64,000 nucleotides of DNA from Octopus bimaculoides (GCF_001194135.2 NC_068990.1:55551651-55615650); one strand, 5' to 3'; counted from the stretch's first letter, positions 39,894 through 53,388 are shown. A program made the numbers and translations. The notes: generated by a model not told the origin, from the letters alone.

Positions 39894-41304
39894 AATGTCC
39901 GGATGCAGTACCAGGCAGTGGCTCTCATGGCTTCTGATCTTAATTGATCGGTAGTGTTATCATGGACATTGTTTTGTCTTGGTATAAAAGATGGGCTGCA
40001 GCAAATATTCTGCTTAATACCACAGATTTGCTGGTCAGTTGTTTGACCGTAACCGGATCTTTGGGGTTTGACGGGCAACATTTTTTTGGTAGTGTTTTTG
40101 GTACCGAAACACTTTCAAACTTCGAATATTTGTATATTTTGTGGTATAGAACAGATAAAAGATTTTGTATTCGAAGTTATTTTATGTNNNNNNNNNNNNN
40201 NNNNNNNNNNNNNNNNNNNNNNNNNNNNNNNNNNNNNNNNNNNNNNNNNNNNNNNNNNNNNNNNNNNNNNNNNNNNNNNNNNNNNNNNNNNNNNNNNNNN
40301 NNNNNNNNNNNNNNNNNNNNNNNNNNNNNNNNNNNNNNNNNNNNNNNNNNNNNNNNNNNNNNNNNNNNNNNNNNNNNNNNNNNNNNNNNNNNNNNNNNNN
40401 NNNNNNNNNNNNNNNNNNNNNNNNNNNNNNNNNNNNNNNNNNNNNNNNNNNNNNNNNNNNNNNNNNNNNNNNNNNNNNNNNNNNNNNNNNNNNNNNNNNN
40501 NNNNNNNNNNNNNNNNNNNNNNNNNNNNNNNNNNNNNNNNNNNNNNNNNNNNNNNNNNNNNNNNNNNNNNNNNNNNNNNNNNNNNNNNNNNNNNNNNNNN
40601 NNNNNNNNNNNNNNNNNNNNNNNNNNNNNNNNNNNNNNNNNNNNNNNNNNNNNNNNNNNNNNNNNNNNNNNNNNNNNNNNNNNNNNNNNNNNNNNNNNNN
40701 NNNNNNNNNNNNNNNNNNNNNNNNNNNNNNNNNNNNNNNNNNNNNNNNNNNNNNNNNNNNNNNNNNNNNNNNNNNNNNNNNNNNNNNNNNNNNNNNNNNN
40801 NNNNNNNNNNNNNNNNNNNNNNNNNNNNNNNNNNNNNNNNNNNNNNNNNNNNNNNNNNNNNNNNNNNNNNNNNNNNNNNNNNNNNNNNNNNNNNNNNNNN
40901 NNNNNNNNNGACATTGTTTTGTCTTGGTATAAAAGATGGGCTGCAGCAAATATTCTGCTTAATACCACAGATTTGCTGGTCAGTTGTTTGACCGTAACCG
41001 GATCTTTGGGGTTTGAATAATTCACCTTTGGAAACATGGGTGTTTTGCTCAACATCCTTAAACAAACCTTATTCAGGGACCTTTTGAGCGGGATGGGCTA
41101 CTCGACCTGAAGAAAATTCTAACTGGGCCCCACTTGCGAGGTCATGCGCTGTTCATCTTGATATGAGATCACCATGTCGCGCACATATGGTTGTGATGCA
41201 TGTGCCTGATGTACCCTTATCAGACAGGTAGTCATGATGGGTATAATGGGCTTCGTATATTTTACCCCAGTGTCACTTTGTTGGCATGCACTGCTCTCTC
41301 ACTC
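39894..41304 (+). mobile_element. (AAT)n-associated element interrupted by a MITE fragment and a gap
   Basis: Both termini present with (AAT)n flanks; 39965-40070 is duplicated at 40910-41015. Confidence 0.8.
40071..40187 (+). mobile_element. fragment of the same MITE family as 61773-62540
   Basis: GTAGTGTTTTT.GTACCGAAA.ACTTTCAAACTTCG..TATAGAACAGA..TTTTGTATTCGAA.TTATTT.ATGT shared with about 61818-61915. Confidence 0.75.
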
Positions 41305-41439
41305 AATAATAATAACAATAATAATTTTAAAAAAAACCTCAAGGACGTAACTGAAATCAAAATGAGTTATTTAACAGTTTTAATAATATACAAGTAGCTT
41401 TTCCTCTCTGAATTTCCGATTTATATGATTTACAACTTT

Positions 41440-41670
41440 TCGAGAATTTTTGTGAAATTATCCCATCCATGGCTCATTTCCTGCGCTCGCGACGCTTGAT
41501 CAACCAAGAGGAGGTGGCGGCTTCAGTGACGGAGGTCTTCACCTCAAAGGACAAAAACTGATATCAGTATGAGATCAATGAGCTGGCAGGAAGGTGTGAC
41601 TTCAGACGGTGCTATACGATAGTTTCCACTTTGAATGCCAGATTACTTTTGTTGTAACTTAACGGGTAAA
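41440..41670 (+). mobile_element. mariner transposase C-terminal fragment
   Basis: MAHFLRSRRLINQEEVAASVTEVFTSKDKN*YQYEINELAGR resembles the mariner terminal FL.GR.F...EEV..FF.SK...Y..GI..L..RW motif. Confidence 0.65.
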
Positions 41671-42034
41671 GCATATGAGTTATCAAAATATTGCAAAACT
41701 TTCCACTCAGCATAATATAACTTTTAAAATATTTTGCTTAACTACTGCAAATGTTGCCACCTAGAGACAGAGTCAGAAACGGAAACAATGTCAACTGAGC
41801 CAATGACCAAATTATGTTAGTGAGTGCCACCAACCCCCAACCTCACTTGCTTGGTACCCTTTTATTTGTTTCAATTCAGCGTCTCATTCTGTTATCAGAA
41901 AGTGGATATTAGCGAGGCATCTTAGAATGCTTTCTCTTGCAGTTCCTTTCTTGGTTCTCGCTTCACGTGTGTGTTCTCGTTAACGAGCGATTATTGGGAA
42001 CGCGTTAACACGTAACGTCGAGAACTAATTGCAT

Positions 42035-42259
42035 CTTTTATTTGTTTCAGTCATTAGACTGCAACCATGCTGGGGCACCACCTTGAAAAATTTTAGTTGA
42101 ACGAACTGACCCCAGTGCATATTTATTTAAAAATCTTAAACCTGGTGCTTATTCTATTAGTCTCTTTCGTTGAACTCCTAGGTTTCGGGGACGTAAAACA
42201 CCGATACCTGTTGTCAAGCTGTGGCGATGGACAAACACAACGACACACACACACACACG

Positions 42260-42312
<53 letters not shown>

Positions 42313-42490
42313 AAAAATATATATACACGACAGGCTTCTTTCAGTTTCCTTTTACCAAATCCATTCACAAGGCTTTGGTCAGCTCGAAGTTATGCTAGAA
42401 GACACTTTCTCAAGGTGTCACGCACTGAGACTGAATCCGGAACCATGTGGTTGGGAAATAAACTTCTTACCACAGAGTCACGCCTGCGCC
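42035..42490 (-). mobile_element. full-length family C SINE with internal (CA)n
   Basis: Colinear with other family C copies. Confidence 0.85.
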
Positions 42491-43519
42491 TATGTTATAT
42501 TTTATTGCAAATCTCTCTGAATCTTTATTTTTGCTCTTTATTGATACGTATTATACAATATGACTGAGATCCAGCACAAACTGTTGACTTTTTATTCCGA
42601 AAAAACTGGCGCCGCTTTTGTACTAGGCGTTGAAGAGACAACTAATCAGCGTTCTTTGTTCAGCACATTAGCCTTGCTTCTATTTGAAAACAATATAAGG
42701 CTATTTCGACTTCAACACGATTTGAACTTGCAGCTCAACAAAATATATTTCGGTTCAAGCCAATATATATGTTTTATACACACAGCTATTTCAGAATGAA
42801 TGAATGAATGAATAAATAAATAAATAAACAAAAACAAAAGGAAAAACAAACACTATCTACAAGAACAAACAAAGCAAAAACGAACGTGATATCATAAAAC
42901 ATCGATAAAGACTTCCTATTATTTGCATCCATTTACTTGTTTTAACTAACATGTAGTTATAATAACAATGTTTGCTCGCCGAGTTACCATGTCCTAAGAA
43001 AGAGCAGGATGGTAGAATGAATAAACTTCAGTATATTAGTGGTGTTTATTTTATCGACTAAAGACGGATTTGAATTTAGTAATGCGAGGCATCGAAATGG
43101 ATATCAGAAATAAATCTAGTTTGACACCTCAACACAATCTGAATCATTTCCAGCGGCGCTTTAATAGGGATTAATAATTCAATAACATCAATAACTGAAT
43201 GAACTAAACTGAAATGCGTTAAGACGTTGAAAATTACATGGAAAAATACTAATTACAAACATTAAAACAGAACACGTAACCAATTATTGTTGTAACACAG
43301 TTCTATTAATGTTTGGCTAATGCTCATATCAGCTTTGGTGTAAGTGGCTTGCTAACTCTTTATATAAGTGGCAAATATAGCCTGTCTCCTTTAATATCTG
43401 AGATTAACAGATCTCTACTGTTGAGTGAAAGTTCAGCAATTGAAGGGTTTAACATACTACACTTTGAATCCTGTCATACTATTATGTTGACATTTTCTCA
43501 TTGGTTCCATCCATTTATA

Positions 43520-43960
43520 CATCTTCTTCGTCCTCTATCTCTGGGAGGGTCGTGGGGTCAGAGTTCTTATAACCCTCTTCCATAGGGCTCTATCAGAAGC
43601 AACCGTCATTAAACCTTTCCAGCTGGATTCTCAAGCGTGACCAACTGAGACTATGGATATCTAACCATCACGTTCTTGGTCTAACCCTCGGTTTCCCGCC
43701 GGCTGGCTTAACTTGAAGAATCCCATTCTTTCCTGTGACGTTGTCCTGATTTGTCCTGGAGAGACTCCTTGATCTCCGAGCTAGGTGCCCTGTCGAGTAA
43801 TATTACTCCAGAAATCCTTCTGAGGAAACCCATTTTGGACACTTGTATTCTCGATTGTATTTTGTCGGTCAGTACACAACGTTCACGACCATGGGTGAGG
43901 ATAGACACGAACACTGAATTGAAGATAGCGAGGTTGGCTTTACATACAATGTAAAGACCT
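43520..43960 (-). mobile_element. RTE LINE 3' fragment
   Basis: FVSILTHGRERCVLTDKIQSRIQVSKMGFLRRISGVILLDRAPSSEIKESL matches the RTE post-RT motif. Confidence 0.75.
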
Positions 43961-44220
43961 TATCACTATAATATGTATGTATGTACAACTTGATTCCACT
44001 TATAGCCATTCTTTACCCCGCGGAATTGCTCCCTCGTAAAGACATTGGAGTCTAAGTTAGAATCATTTGAGCGCTAGAGTGTATTCTCTGGATCTCATCT
44101 GTTGACTTTCTCTCTCTCTTTCTCTCTCTCTCTCCCTCAGTCTATATGAATTACTGCTCAAGGGGTATGAGCAATATCGAACACGCACAAGGTATGCGTG
44201 TTCCTATACACACGCACACA

Positions 44221-44285
<65 letters not shown>

Positions 44286-44881
44286 GTACACATGTAAATG
44301 GCGGTGCCCCAGCTTGACCACAGCTCATGAGCTGAAATTAGATAAAATGAAAAAATAAAATAAGAATATATACATATATATATACATATACATACACACA
44401 TATGTGTGTGTGCGTGTGTGTGTGTATAGCGATATAAACGCCAGTGCTTTTATACTCCACAAGCCCATAAGATAGGTCCTCTCATGGTAAATAACACCGT
44501 ATTTTGTGTTCTAACACAACCTCCACTTTTAGTGGGAGATGAATTTTACCTTTTGGTATTAATACTGCTTCCGTCACTAGCAATTATTTTCAATAAGGCC
44601 ACTGGCTATTTGCGACATCAACGCTTCATTAAACAATGAGATTTTTATGTGTCGCTGATGGAGGAATCGACTGCTATGTCTAGCTGGACGTTTATATTTT
44701 AGAAGCCTAAACAACGATGAGATCACGTGATCTGGCAGTTCCGGTAGCCGTAGCGGACAGTTATCGACCGTCAGCGATGTAAATACGAGTGATTTTATGC
44801 TCCACAAGCCCATATAAGAGATCTTCTCATGGTAAATAGCGTAGTATTCTGTGTTCTAGCCAGACTTCCACTTTTAGTGGG

Positions 44882-44919
<38 letters not shown>

Positions 44920-44958
44920 TATATGTATACACATACATAGATGCACACATATATACCC

Positions 44959-45034
<76 letters not shown>

Positions 45035-45070
45035 ATCTCTCTCTCCCTCTATATATTTGTAAAAAAAAAG

Positions 45071-45450
45071 GGCGCAGGAGTGGCTGTGTAGTAAGTAGCT
45101 TGCTTACCAGCCACATGGTTCCGGGTTCATTCCCACTGCATGGCACCTTGGGCAAGTGTTTTCTACTATAGCCTCGGGCCAACCAAAGCCTTGTGAGTGG
45201 ATTTGGTAGATGGAAACTGAAAGAAGCCCGTCGTATATATGTATATATATGTATGTGTGTATATGTTTGTGTGTCGCTTAACAACCGACGGTGGTGTGTT
45301 TACGTCCCCGTAACTTAGCGGTTTAGCAAAAGAAACTGATAGAATAAGTACTAGGCTTACAAAAAATAAGTCCTGGGGTTGATTTGCTCGACTAAAGGCG
45401 GTGCTCCAGCATGACCACAGTCAAATGACTGAAACAAGTAAAAAAGAGTA
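45071..45450 (+). mobile_element. full-length family C (CORE-like) SINE
   Basis: tRNA-like head GGCGCAGGAGTGGCTGTGTAGTAAG..GGTTCATTCCC, CORE-like CACCTTGGGCAAGTG, internal TA/TG tract, tail ACAAGTAAAAAAGAGT. Confidence 0.9.
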
Positions 45451-46225
45451 AAAAAAAAGAGAGAAAAAAGAGTATAACACACATACACACACACACACAT
45501 AAATATAATACACACATACATACAGACATACATATATACTCAGATACACGGATATATACACATAATATATCTATCTACATCTATGTACGCATGTAGATAT
45601 GTTTGTATGTAGGAATGTATCTATCTATCTACCTGTCTACCTGTTCGTCTGTCTGTGTATGAATAGTAACATATACATATCTTAACAACGATGTATTCCT
45701 GAACATACACGTATATGACAACAGCAGCTTTCTGTGATTTCATATAAACTAAACCATAGTACAGTTTCTTACCCATCAACTGATGAAGCTTTATCATACA
45801 TGCATCAATAATTAATTGCACACTAGTCAACAACACAACTACTCTGTGGTCATTCGACCAGCTAGAAAAAGTTACCAAATCTCCTTTAAAATCAAAGCTT
45901 ACAAGGACACAATGAACAATATAGCTGTAAATATAAAAAGACTGGATTGTTATGGTTGAAACGCATTTGATCAAATATCTTGCGTAATAACCGTCGATGA
46001 TCAGAAGCTAAGCAACACGGACATCAGCAGCAAGTAACAGCAACAGAAGCAGAAACCAGCTACAATGACATCAGCAACAGCAATGGTTTATTGTAGACAC
46101 ATGCTTCACTTGATTGCTGTTCGACAGGTATTGATTGTTTTGTACCGACCGATTTCTTTATGACACACATACACAAACACGCGTACATAAACACAATTAC
46201 GCATATATGCATACACACATGACAC

Positions 46226-46327
<102 letters not shown>

Positions 46328-46799
46328 GGAGGGAGAGACCTATGTAGAATAAGTGACTGAATGACTGAGGTTATTAATTTATATGTTGCGTGTCATTCTG
46401 CCTGGTTTGTATCTACCAACTGGGGTGATTCAGCTTGTGATAAACTAAGCTTCCATCAACTTGAAATGGTTCTATGTAATTTGGTTTTATATAATCGCTG
46501 TTTAATTAAGAAATATAGATAGGACGCCTGTCATATTTACAGGAAATATAGGTTCGTGTCCCACGCCAGCTTTCAACTTTTCTAATCAAAGTCTTTTTTT
46601 TATATATATAAATCCAATATTTATGCTCTATTATTTATACTCTTATTTGCTTCGAGATTCACTCTACCACAAAAGAATTATCTCATATTCTTGAATTTTC
46701 TAAGCTCCCGTGATGTTTATTAAAATTGCTAAAATAGATAGAGAAATTCAAAGTATTGCTCTGGTCCAATGGTAGAACATCTGTTGTGTTTGCAGGACT

Positions 46800-47100
46800 T
46801 GTGTGTTCGAGTCCTGAGGATAACATTCGACTTTTCTATCCAAGTGATTTTAAAATCCAGTATTTACACGCAATTATCTATAGTTTTATCTCTGTGGCCC
46901 CTGGGCAACTGCCTCCTGTTCCCATACCAGAAGACTTTTTTTTGTTCTCATTCCATTTTTTTGTTCTCAATCCTTTCTGTTGAAGAGCATAGGCTTGAAA
47001 CGTCAAAGACTTTTCCATTTTTCCCGAGCGTCAAATTAATACACACCTGGTTGTTGTCCCTTCACCTATTTTCGTCTTTTGTTTTCTGTAAATTTGAACA
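46800..47100 (+). mobile_element. probable Penelope-like element 3' end
   Basis: Hammerhead-like motif at 46973-47008 plus a weak GIY-YIG C-terminus-like stretch upstream (IIYSFISVAPGQL). Confidence 0.45.
46973..47008 (+). ncRNA. minimal hammerhead-like motif with non-canonical core
   Basis: CUUU-CUGUUGA-A-GAGC-AUAG-GCUU-GAAA-CGU-C-AAAG: stem I 4 bp, stem II 4 bp with a G.U pair, palindromic ACGU, GUC triplet; A6 is U. Confidence 0.5.
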
Positions 47101-47162
47101 ATGTGTGTGTGTGTGTGTGTGTTAATGTTTTACATCAATCAACCTTATCAGTCGTATGAACA

Positions 47163-47807
47163 CAGTTGAAAATCCTTTATCCGAAATTCCTGAATCCGAA
47201 TAACACGCCACAAATAGAAATTCCATAAAATACTTGGAAAGTTCCATCAAGTACGACATGAGTTTACAAGCAGGATTATCATGTTTTGCTTTTGTACAGT
47301 AAGCACAGAATGTTATTTTTACGTGGGATCTGAATGTTACCTCCATGTACAAATGCAACACGACTAGCATCATTATGTGTACACTACTTTAAAAAGAAAA
47401 GCTGATCTTTTCTTCAGTTTTAATTTTGTACACTATTAATCATAGTCAATGCTGTAGTTTTATATCTTACATAAAACCTAATATCTGTACAGTGCAATAA
47501 AAAAAACCCCAACAAATAGCGTATGTGTACTGCAAACTTGTAATCAAAACATGATATTGTCGATGGAGACTGATATCTTTCTGATGGTATTATGAATAAA
47601 AAATTATTAAAAATTTATAAAATTACATACATGGTATATGTCTAAGCTATTTTACGAAATGTAAAAAGACGCTGTATTTAGCTTTATGGCCCATTCCCAA
47701 GCTATTCTATTTTAAAGATAGAAATATAAAAATATTCCGAAATCCGAAAAGTTCTCAAATTTTCATACTTACGGCCCCAGGAACTTTGGATAAGGGATTC
47801 TCAACTG
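47163..47807. mobile_element. pogo/Tigger-like non-autonomous DNA transposon
   Basis: TIRs CAGTTGAAAATCCTTTATCCGAAATTCCT and AGGAACTTTGGATAAGGGATTCTCAACTG; TA on the right, CA on the left. Confidence 0.8.
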
Positions 47808-48112
47808 TACTATAAATGTTTTGTCATATAGTTTAGGTCTTCGATATCATTGTATAGTTGTTAAGCGTTATATACGATGTCCGTAGCGGAATTATATTAT
47901 AGATGAGTAATATCAAGGTGCATTCTTATTTGCTTTTTAATAAATAGCCTTCTGCTATTATCGCTAAGCATCTTGAGAAGCGGAAATCAGTAAAATTGTT
48001 GAATAAAAATAGAACCGGTCATTTTGAACTTTGTCCGAGATTGCCGAAAAGGTCACCGTGGGATCAGATTTTACTGTGGGTAAACAAACATAGAATTTAA
48101 CTCTGTATACTC

Positions 48113-48518
48113 TTTAACTCTTTTACTTGTTTCATTCACTTGACTGCGGCCATGCTGGAGCACCGCCTTTAGTCAAGCAAATCGAACCCAGGACTTATTC
48201 CTTGTAAGCCTCGTACTTATTCTATCGGTATCTTTTGCCGAACCACTAAATTACGGGGACGTAAACACACCAGCATCGGTTGTCAAGCGATGTTGGGAGG
48301 GGGGTCAAACACAGACACACAAACACACATACACATATATATACACATATATATACGACGGGCTTCTTTCAGTTTCCGTCTACCAAATCCACTCACAAGG
48401 CTTTGGCCGGCCCGAGGCTATAGTAGAAGACACTTGCCCAAGGTGCCACGCAGTGGGACTGAACCCAGAACTATGTGGCTGGTAAGCAAGCTACTTACCA
48501 CACAGCCACTCCTGCGCC
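48113..48518 (-). mobile_element. full-length family C SINE
   Basis: Near reverse complement of 45071-45450. Confidence 0.9.
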
Positions 48519-48699
48519 TATAGTTATTTATTCATAAACAAAGCTGTCTTGCAACCCTAGTGATTAAGAGTAGATGGTTCTTTAGCTGCTGTGCAATTAA
48601 CAAATATTTCGTTAGTTTGAAAAACTGACTTGAAATCTTCTTTCCTATGGACATAGAAAAGGCAACAAGAGATTAATTCTGTGCGTTCATATTGTTTAT

Positions 48700-48860
48700 T
48701 TGCTTCAGTCTTTGGCCTGTGGCCATGCTGGGGGTACCGCCTTGAAGAGTTTAGTCGAATAAGTCGACGCCACTACTTATTTTAAAGCCTGATAGTTATT
48801 CTATTCGTCTTTTGTTTCGGAACCGCTAAGTTACGGAGACGTAAACACATCAACACTTGT
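48700..48860 (-). mobile_element. family C SINE 3' fragment
   Basis: GCCATGCTGG..ACCGCC..AGTCGA..CCGCTAAGTTACGGAGACGTAAACAC. Confidence 0.7.
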
Positions 48861-49009
48861 ACACTATATACTTGTTAAGCTTAATGTCAGTAGAGTTTAT
48901 GAAAAAAATACAAAAATCCTTGTATAGAACTGTGCGCTTCATAGTTCCAGTGACGCGGTGTTTGGCTGTCGTGCGCATGCTCGCATGTCCGAGGTAGGAA
49001 GTTTCACAT

Positions 49010-49069
<60 letters not shown>

Positions 49070-49499
49070 ATTGTCGTTCTCGCAGTGCCAGTGAAAAGTA
49101 ATGTTTCTTTTGGACTCCGCGTGTATTGTATTTAAAAACGTGTTTATATTCTTGAATGAGATAAAGTGTAGAATTAGATTATTATCCTGCTTCCGACTTC
49201 AGTGTAGCTGCCCTTATTTTGTGATTTAGCGGGGATTTTTGAAAAACAAGGGGGAATTCGCGGCGGTGTTCTGTGAACAAATTAAACACACCACCCAGTA
49301 GTGGCTAAAACTCGAACCGATCAAATTAATGTATAAAATATTCTTTTTATGTTTGTTTCCTTTTACACAATATTAAAACAACGGCCAAAAAATTTTCTGA
49401 AGCAGCACCCCCACTAATTTTATCTACGAGCCGCCACTGCATGCTTGTATAAAATAACAACAGTGATTTATTATGATTGCACATCAAACATTAAATGTA

Positions 49500-49705
49500 T
49501 TGATTTCAAAGTTTGATTGAAGGCCAGCAATTTTGTGAAATGGGTTAAGTCGATTACATTAACCCCATTGCCAACTGGTACTTGTTCTATCGATCTAGAA
49601 AGGAATGAAAAGTAAAACGGACCTCGGCGGAATTTGAACTCAGAATGTAAAGGCAGACAAAATGCCGCTAAGCATTTTGCTCGGATGCTAACGATTCTGC
49701 CACGC
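49500..49705 (-). mobile_element. family M SINE
   Basis: GACCTCGGCGGAATTTGAACTCAGAA..GCTAAGCATTTTGC..AACGATTCTGCC. Confidence 0.85.
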
Positions 49706-50479
49706 TACCCAATTTTCACAGTGTGCTAATGATTAATGAGATATATTTTGTGATGTTGAAACTTCTACAAAATTATTAACACAGTAAGGAAATGAAATTG
49801 TCTTCAGCTAGGAATCGAAACCGGGTCACGTACCAGCTTTTCTGGCAACTTACCTTGTAGTTGAATCTATCGCAGTAAGTGACTGCTACTTGTTTTATCA
49901 ATGCTGGAGGGCAAAAAACAAAAAAACAAAAAAAAAAACAAAAAAACAAAACAAAAACAAAAACAAAACAAACAAAAACAAAACAAAATAATTCAAAAAC
50001 AAAGCAAAACAAAGAACCCGCAGTATTTTTGCTATATTTATGCGGTCATTTTATATTCATAAATTTGATTAACAAATTACCACCTACACTCTGTCTCTGA
50101 GAAGTGTTTACCAATTTTCACCTTTTACTACTGGGGTCAGTTTAATATTTAATTTATCTTGGCATCACTCGTTCGGTTTGTTTTGGTTCTTCAAATATTT
50201 TCGCCAGAAACTAATCAGAATTAGTTGATGGTCTGCCTAATTATTTCACCTCATTACAATAACCATCTTCTATTTTACTGAAACTGTATCGATCCCGGCT
50301 TTCTCAGTTTCTACACAAATCATTACCATATATCATCCTCATTCTTTTTGTTCTTTTGTCTTTCCTCTTTCTCCTTTCTTGCTTCGTTTTTAAACCCTTC
50401 TCCTAGTATTAATGACCTAGATTTAATCATCTTTTGTGTCACTCAATGTATTCTATACATTAATGAACACGCTGGTACA

Positions 50480-51334
50480 TTTAACCGAAACACGCTGAAA
50501 TGACACCATCTTACAAACTGGACGGCTTTTACCCAACACAGCTACTCCAATAAGACCATCATCCGAAAGGCAAAGGATGCCGTTATGCATCACACAGGCT
50601 ACAAGTCCTCTTTCCTACCGAATTGCAGCCGATCGTTTTGATCCCTTATCAAAAGATCGCTTCCATTTTCGTGGAACTATCCTTCACACTAATTCTCAAG
50701 CATGATGGTTCCGTAAGCAGTACACATGCAGAAAAAGTCTCTAGATTTCCCACTCGCTTTGCATCCAACTCCACACTGCACATACTAGGTAAATCTCCTC
50801 CAAAACGATCACTTACCACACCATTAGTTTCATCAAAGTCACCACTACAAAGACTAGCCTTCCTCTTCAGGATCAGAATAGACTTTAGCCTCTTCCAACT
50901 GATACTCACAACAGAGTATTGCATCCATACATGAGATGGTGCCGTTGCTACATACGTAGACATCCCCGATCACATCAAAGGAAAGGTCGCTCGATTGTCT
51001 GATATAAAATCTCTCGCCATTACATTCCAGTCTCTGGTCCACAAACATACAGCCTTCTCTCTTTGACTTCTCGGAATGGCCCAATCTCGTATCACATCCG
51101 GACGCTTCAAATTCACTCATTTCTTCACACCTCGCCACTCATATTGTATGCAACCCTGCCCATAGTCTGCATTAACTACTACATCCAGTCCTTCCTGCGC
51201 CGAACATTGACTCTCTGAAATTCACTATCTGCAACGGTCGACCAGCAACTGTCTAAAAAAAATAAATAATCGCGTCGATCTGACAGGTCTAGGAGGACTA
51301 GAGAAGTCCCAGGCATTGCCCCTACAGCTAGACC

Positions 51335-51335
<1 letters not shown>
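50480..51335 (-). mobile_element. decayed RTE LINE 5' portion (APE endonuclease)
   Basis: Minus translation ..VATAP..SLCSGDFDETNGVVSDRFGG..KRV..ETFSAC.. loosely follows APE motifs (AYAP, GDFN, G.RLLEF). The 5' end abuts (AAT)n. Confidence 0.55.
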
Positions 51336-51399
<64 letters not shown>

Positions 51400-51408
<9 letters not shown>

Positions 51409-51604
51409 TAATAATAATGATAATAATAATAATAATCCTTTGTACTATAGGCACAAGGTCTGAAATGAAATTTTGGGGGAGGGGACTAGTCGATTATATC
51501 GACCCCAGCATTTCACTGGTACTTAATTTATCGACCCCGAAAGGGTGAAAGGCAAAGTTGACCCCAGTGGAATTAGAACTCAGAACGTAGCTAAGCTCGC
51601 CGCC

Positions 51605-51605
<1 letters not shown>
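51400..51605 (-). mobile_element. family M SINE between (AAT)n arrays
   Basis: Core TTTATCGACCCCGAAAGGGTGAAAGGCAAAGTTGACC. Confidence 0.8.
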
Positions 51606-51641
<36 letters not shown>

Positions 51642-51984
51642 CAATAATGATAAAAACAACAGATAAGAGCTGCATTTTAAAGATCCTAACAAACTCGTCT
51701 TCCACAAGCATCCTAAACATTTCATATTAAACTTGGATTCATCCCATCAACAGAGATCGCGAAAATAGCCCCCAATAAGACTAGAACTACATAGTTTATT
51801 CACCACTACAATCGCCCTCGAATGAATAACACCACTAAAACTCTCAAAAGAGCTTACATATTTGAAATCTCAAAATCTTTGGTGATATATCGTGGTGCTG
51901 CCCATTTATAAACATTGCTGTAGATGCATCGTTTTATCCGTTAACTGTAAAATTAAATTTCATGGTTATTTAAATTGTTAAACC

Positions 51985-52283
51985 ACGTGATCATGTGATT
52001 GACCAGACTATCAGATTTGTTATACACCGCCCGTCACAATGCGCTTTGCATCGTTTTAACTTTCGAACGATGCCACCCTACTGGCTAGGTGAGTAGACCA
52101 ACATTCTCCCTGATCAGAAGGCTACTTTGTCGTAGGGTTATCCATTTACAGCTGAGGGGACTGAAGCAATGTGAAATGGAGTGTTTTGATCAAGAATACC
52201 AATGCACCGCACGGTCCGGAAATCGAACCCACGATCTAGCGATCGTAAGTGCAACACCCTTAACCACTAAGCCATGCGCCTTC
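51985..52283 (-). mobile_element. tRNA-derived SINE with V-like centre
   Basis: Reverse complement A box TGGCTTAGTGG, B box GGTTCGATTTCC, GTATTCTTGATCAAAACAC. Confidence 0.8.
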
Positions 52284-52751
52284 ACAAAATTGTTAAACAT
52301 CTTACCAAACAATAGAATAGGTGTTTTCTCTAAGTCATGTTGCCTCAATAAAGTTGACCTATCTCAACAAGTGTAGTTTCAAACATGACATTCCTCAACA
52401 AAAAATAGTTAAGTGTATAAAATGGCTTTCCGTTCTTAAGAGTAACGAAATTTTGTGTGACTACATCTGATTTCTGCTGTGAAAGGTTTATGTCAGTCGC
52501 TTTCAAACGGTGGGGTGCAGATTAATATTTTCTGAGATAGGCACAAGACCATATATTTTGGTGGGGAAAAACAGTCTTTAATAACAATGACTCACTACTT
52601 CATTTTATCGACTCAAAAAGGATAAAAATTAAAGTTCACCACAGCGAAATTTGAACCCAGAAACTAAAATGAGGGAGTTAAATATCATAAGTCATTGTTG
52701 TACGACTGATTGTTTGAGATTGCGTCACGCATTAACATTAGCATAATAGAA

Positions 52752-52970
52752 GGTGACGAGCTGGCAGAATCGTTTGCACGCCGGGCAAAATGCTTAACGG
52801 CATTTCGTCCGTCCTTACGTTCTGAGTTCAAATTCCGCGGTGGTCCACTTTGTCTTTCATTCCTTTCAGGGTCGATAAAATAAGTACCAGTAGAACGCTG
52901 GAGTCGATGTAATTGACTTAAGCCCTCTCCCAAAATTGCTGGCCTTGTGCCAAATTTGAAACCAATATTA
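52752..52970 (+). mobile_element. full-length family M SINE
   Basis: GGTGACGAGCTGGCAGAATCGTT..GTTCTGAGTTCAAATTCC..GGGTCGATAAAATAAGTACCAG..GGCCTTGTGCCAAATTTGAAACC. Confidence 0.9.
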
Positions 52971-53388
52971 GCATAATTTTATATCATATTTTCTGGAAAC
53001 GAATTGGTTTTGTTCCTGTTATTGTTCGAGAAGAGCTTCTAATATAATTTGTAATGTTTGTTCCTGCACCAGTTGTCAAATCTGTAATGTTTGTTAACAG
53101 ATTATTGGATGTCATTGAAATCTTGAGGGACTCTCACTGTATTTTGTTCATCATCAAATGTGTCGTTGTTTATTTGATCTGTATGAGCTTCAATACACTA
53201 TTCATTCAGAAGAGTCATAAGTGTATTATGTTCATGCTTAAGATATAAATAGAGCTTTCTTTGGTTTATCGTTCTTTTGTATACTTCCGTATCGTTACTA
53301 AACTGAAGCTGTTGTGTCATAAGGCATTTTTTGTTTGGTTATCGTAGTCTGCCCATCAAAGCAGATGAACCAAGAAATCTTTCTAAAT

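Noticed and set aside
45780-45800. Additional hammerhead at CTGATGAAGCT
   Set aside because: No closing stem II followed by GAAA and no stem I pairing.
52985-53380. Penelope-like ORF fragment on the minus strand
   Set aside because: Protein-like but stop-ridden, with no diagnostic RT or GIY-YIG motif that I could identify.
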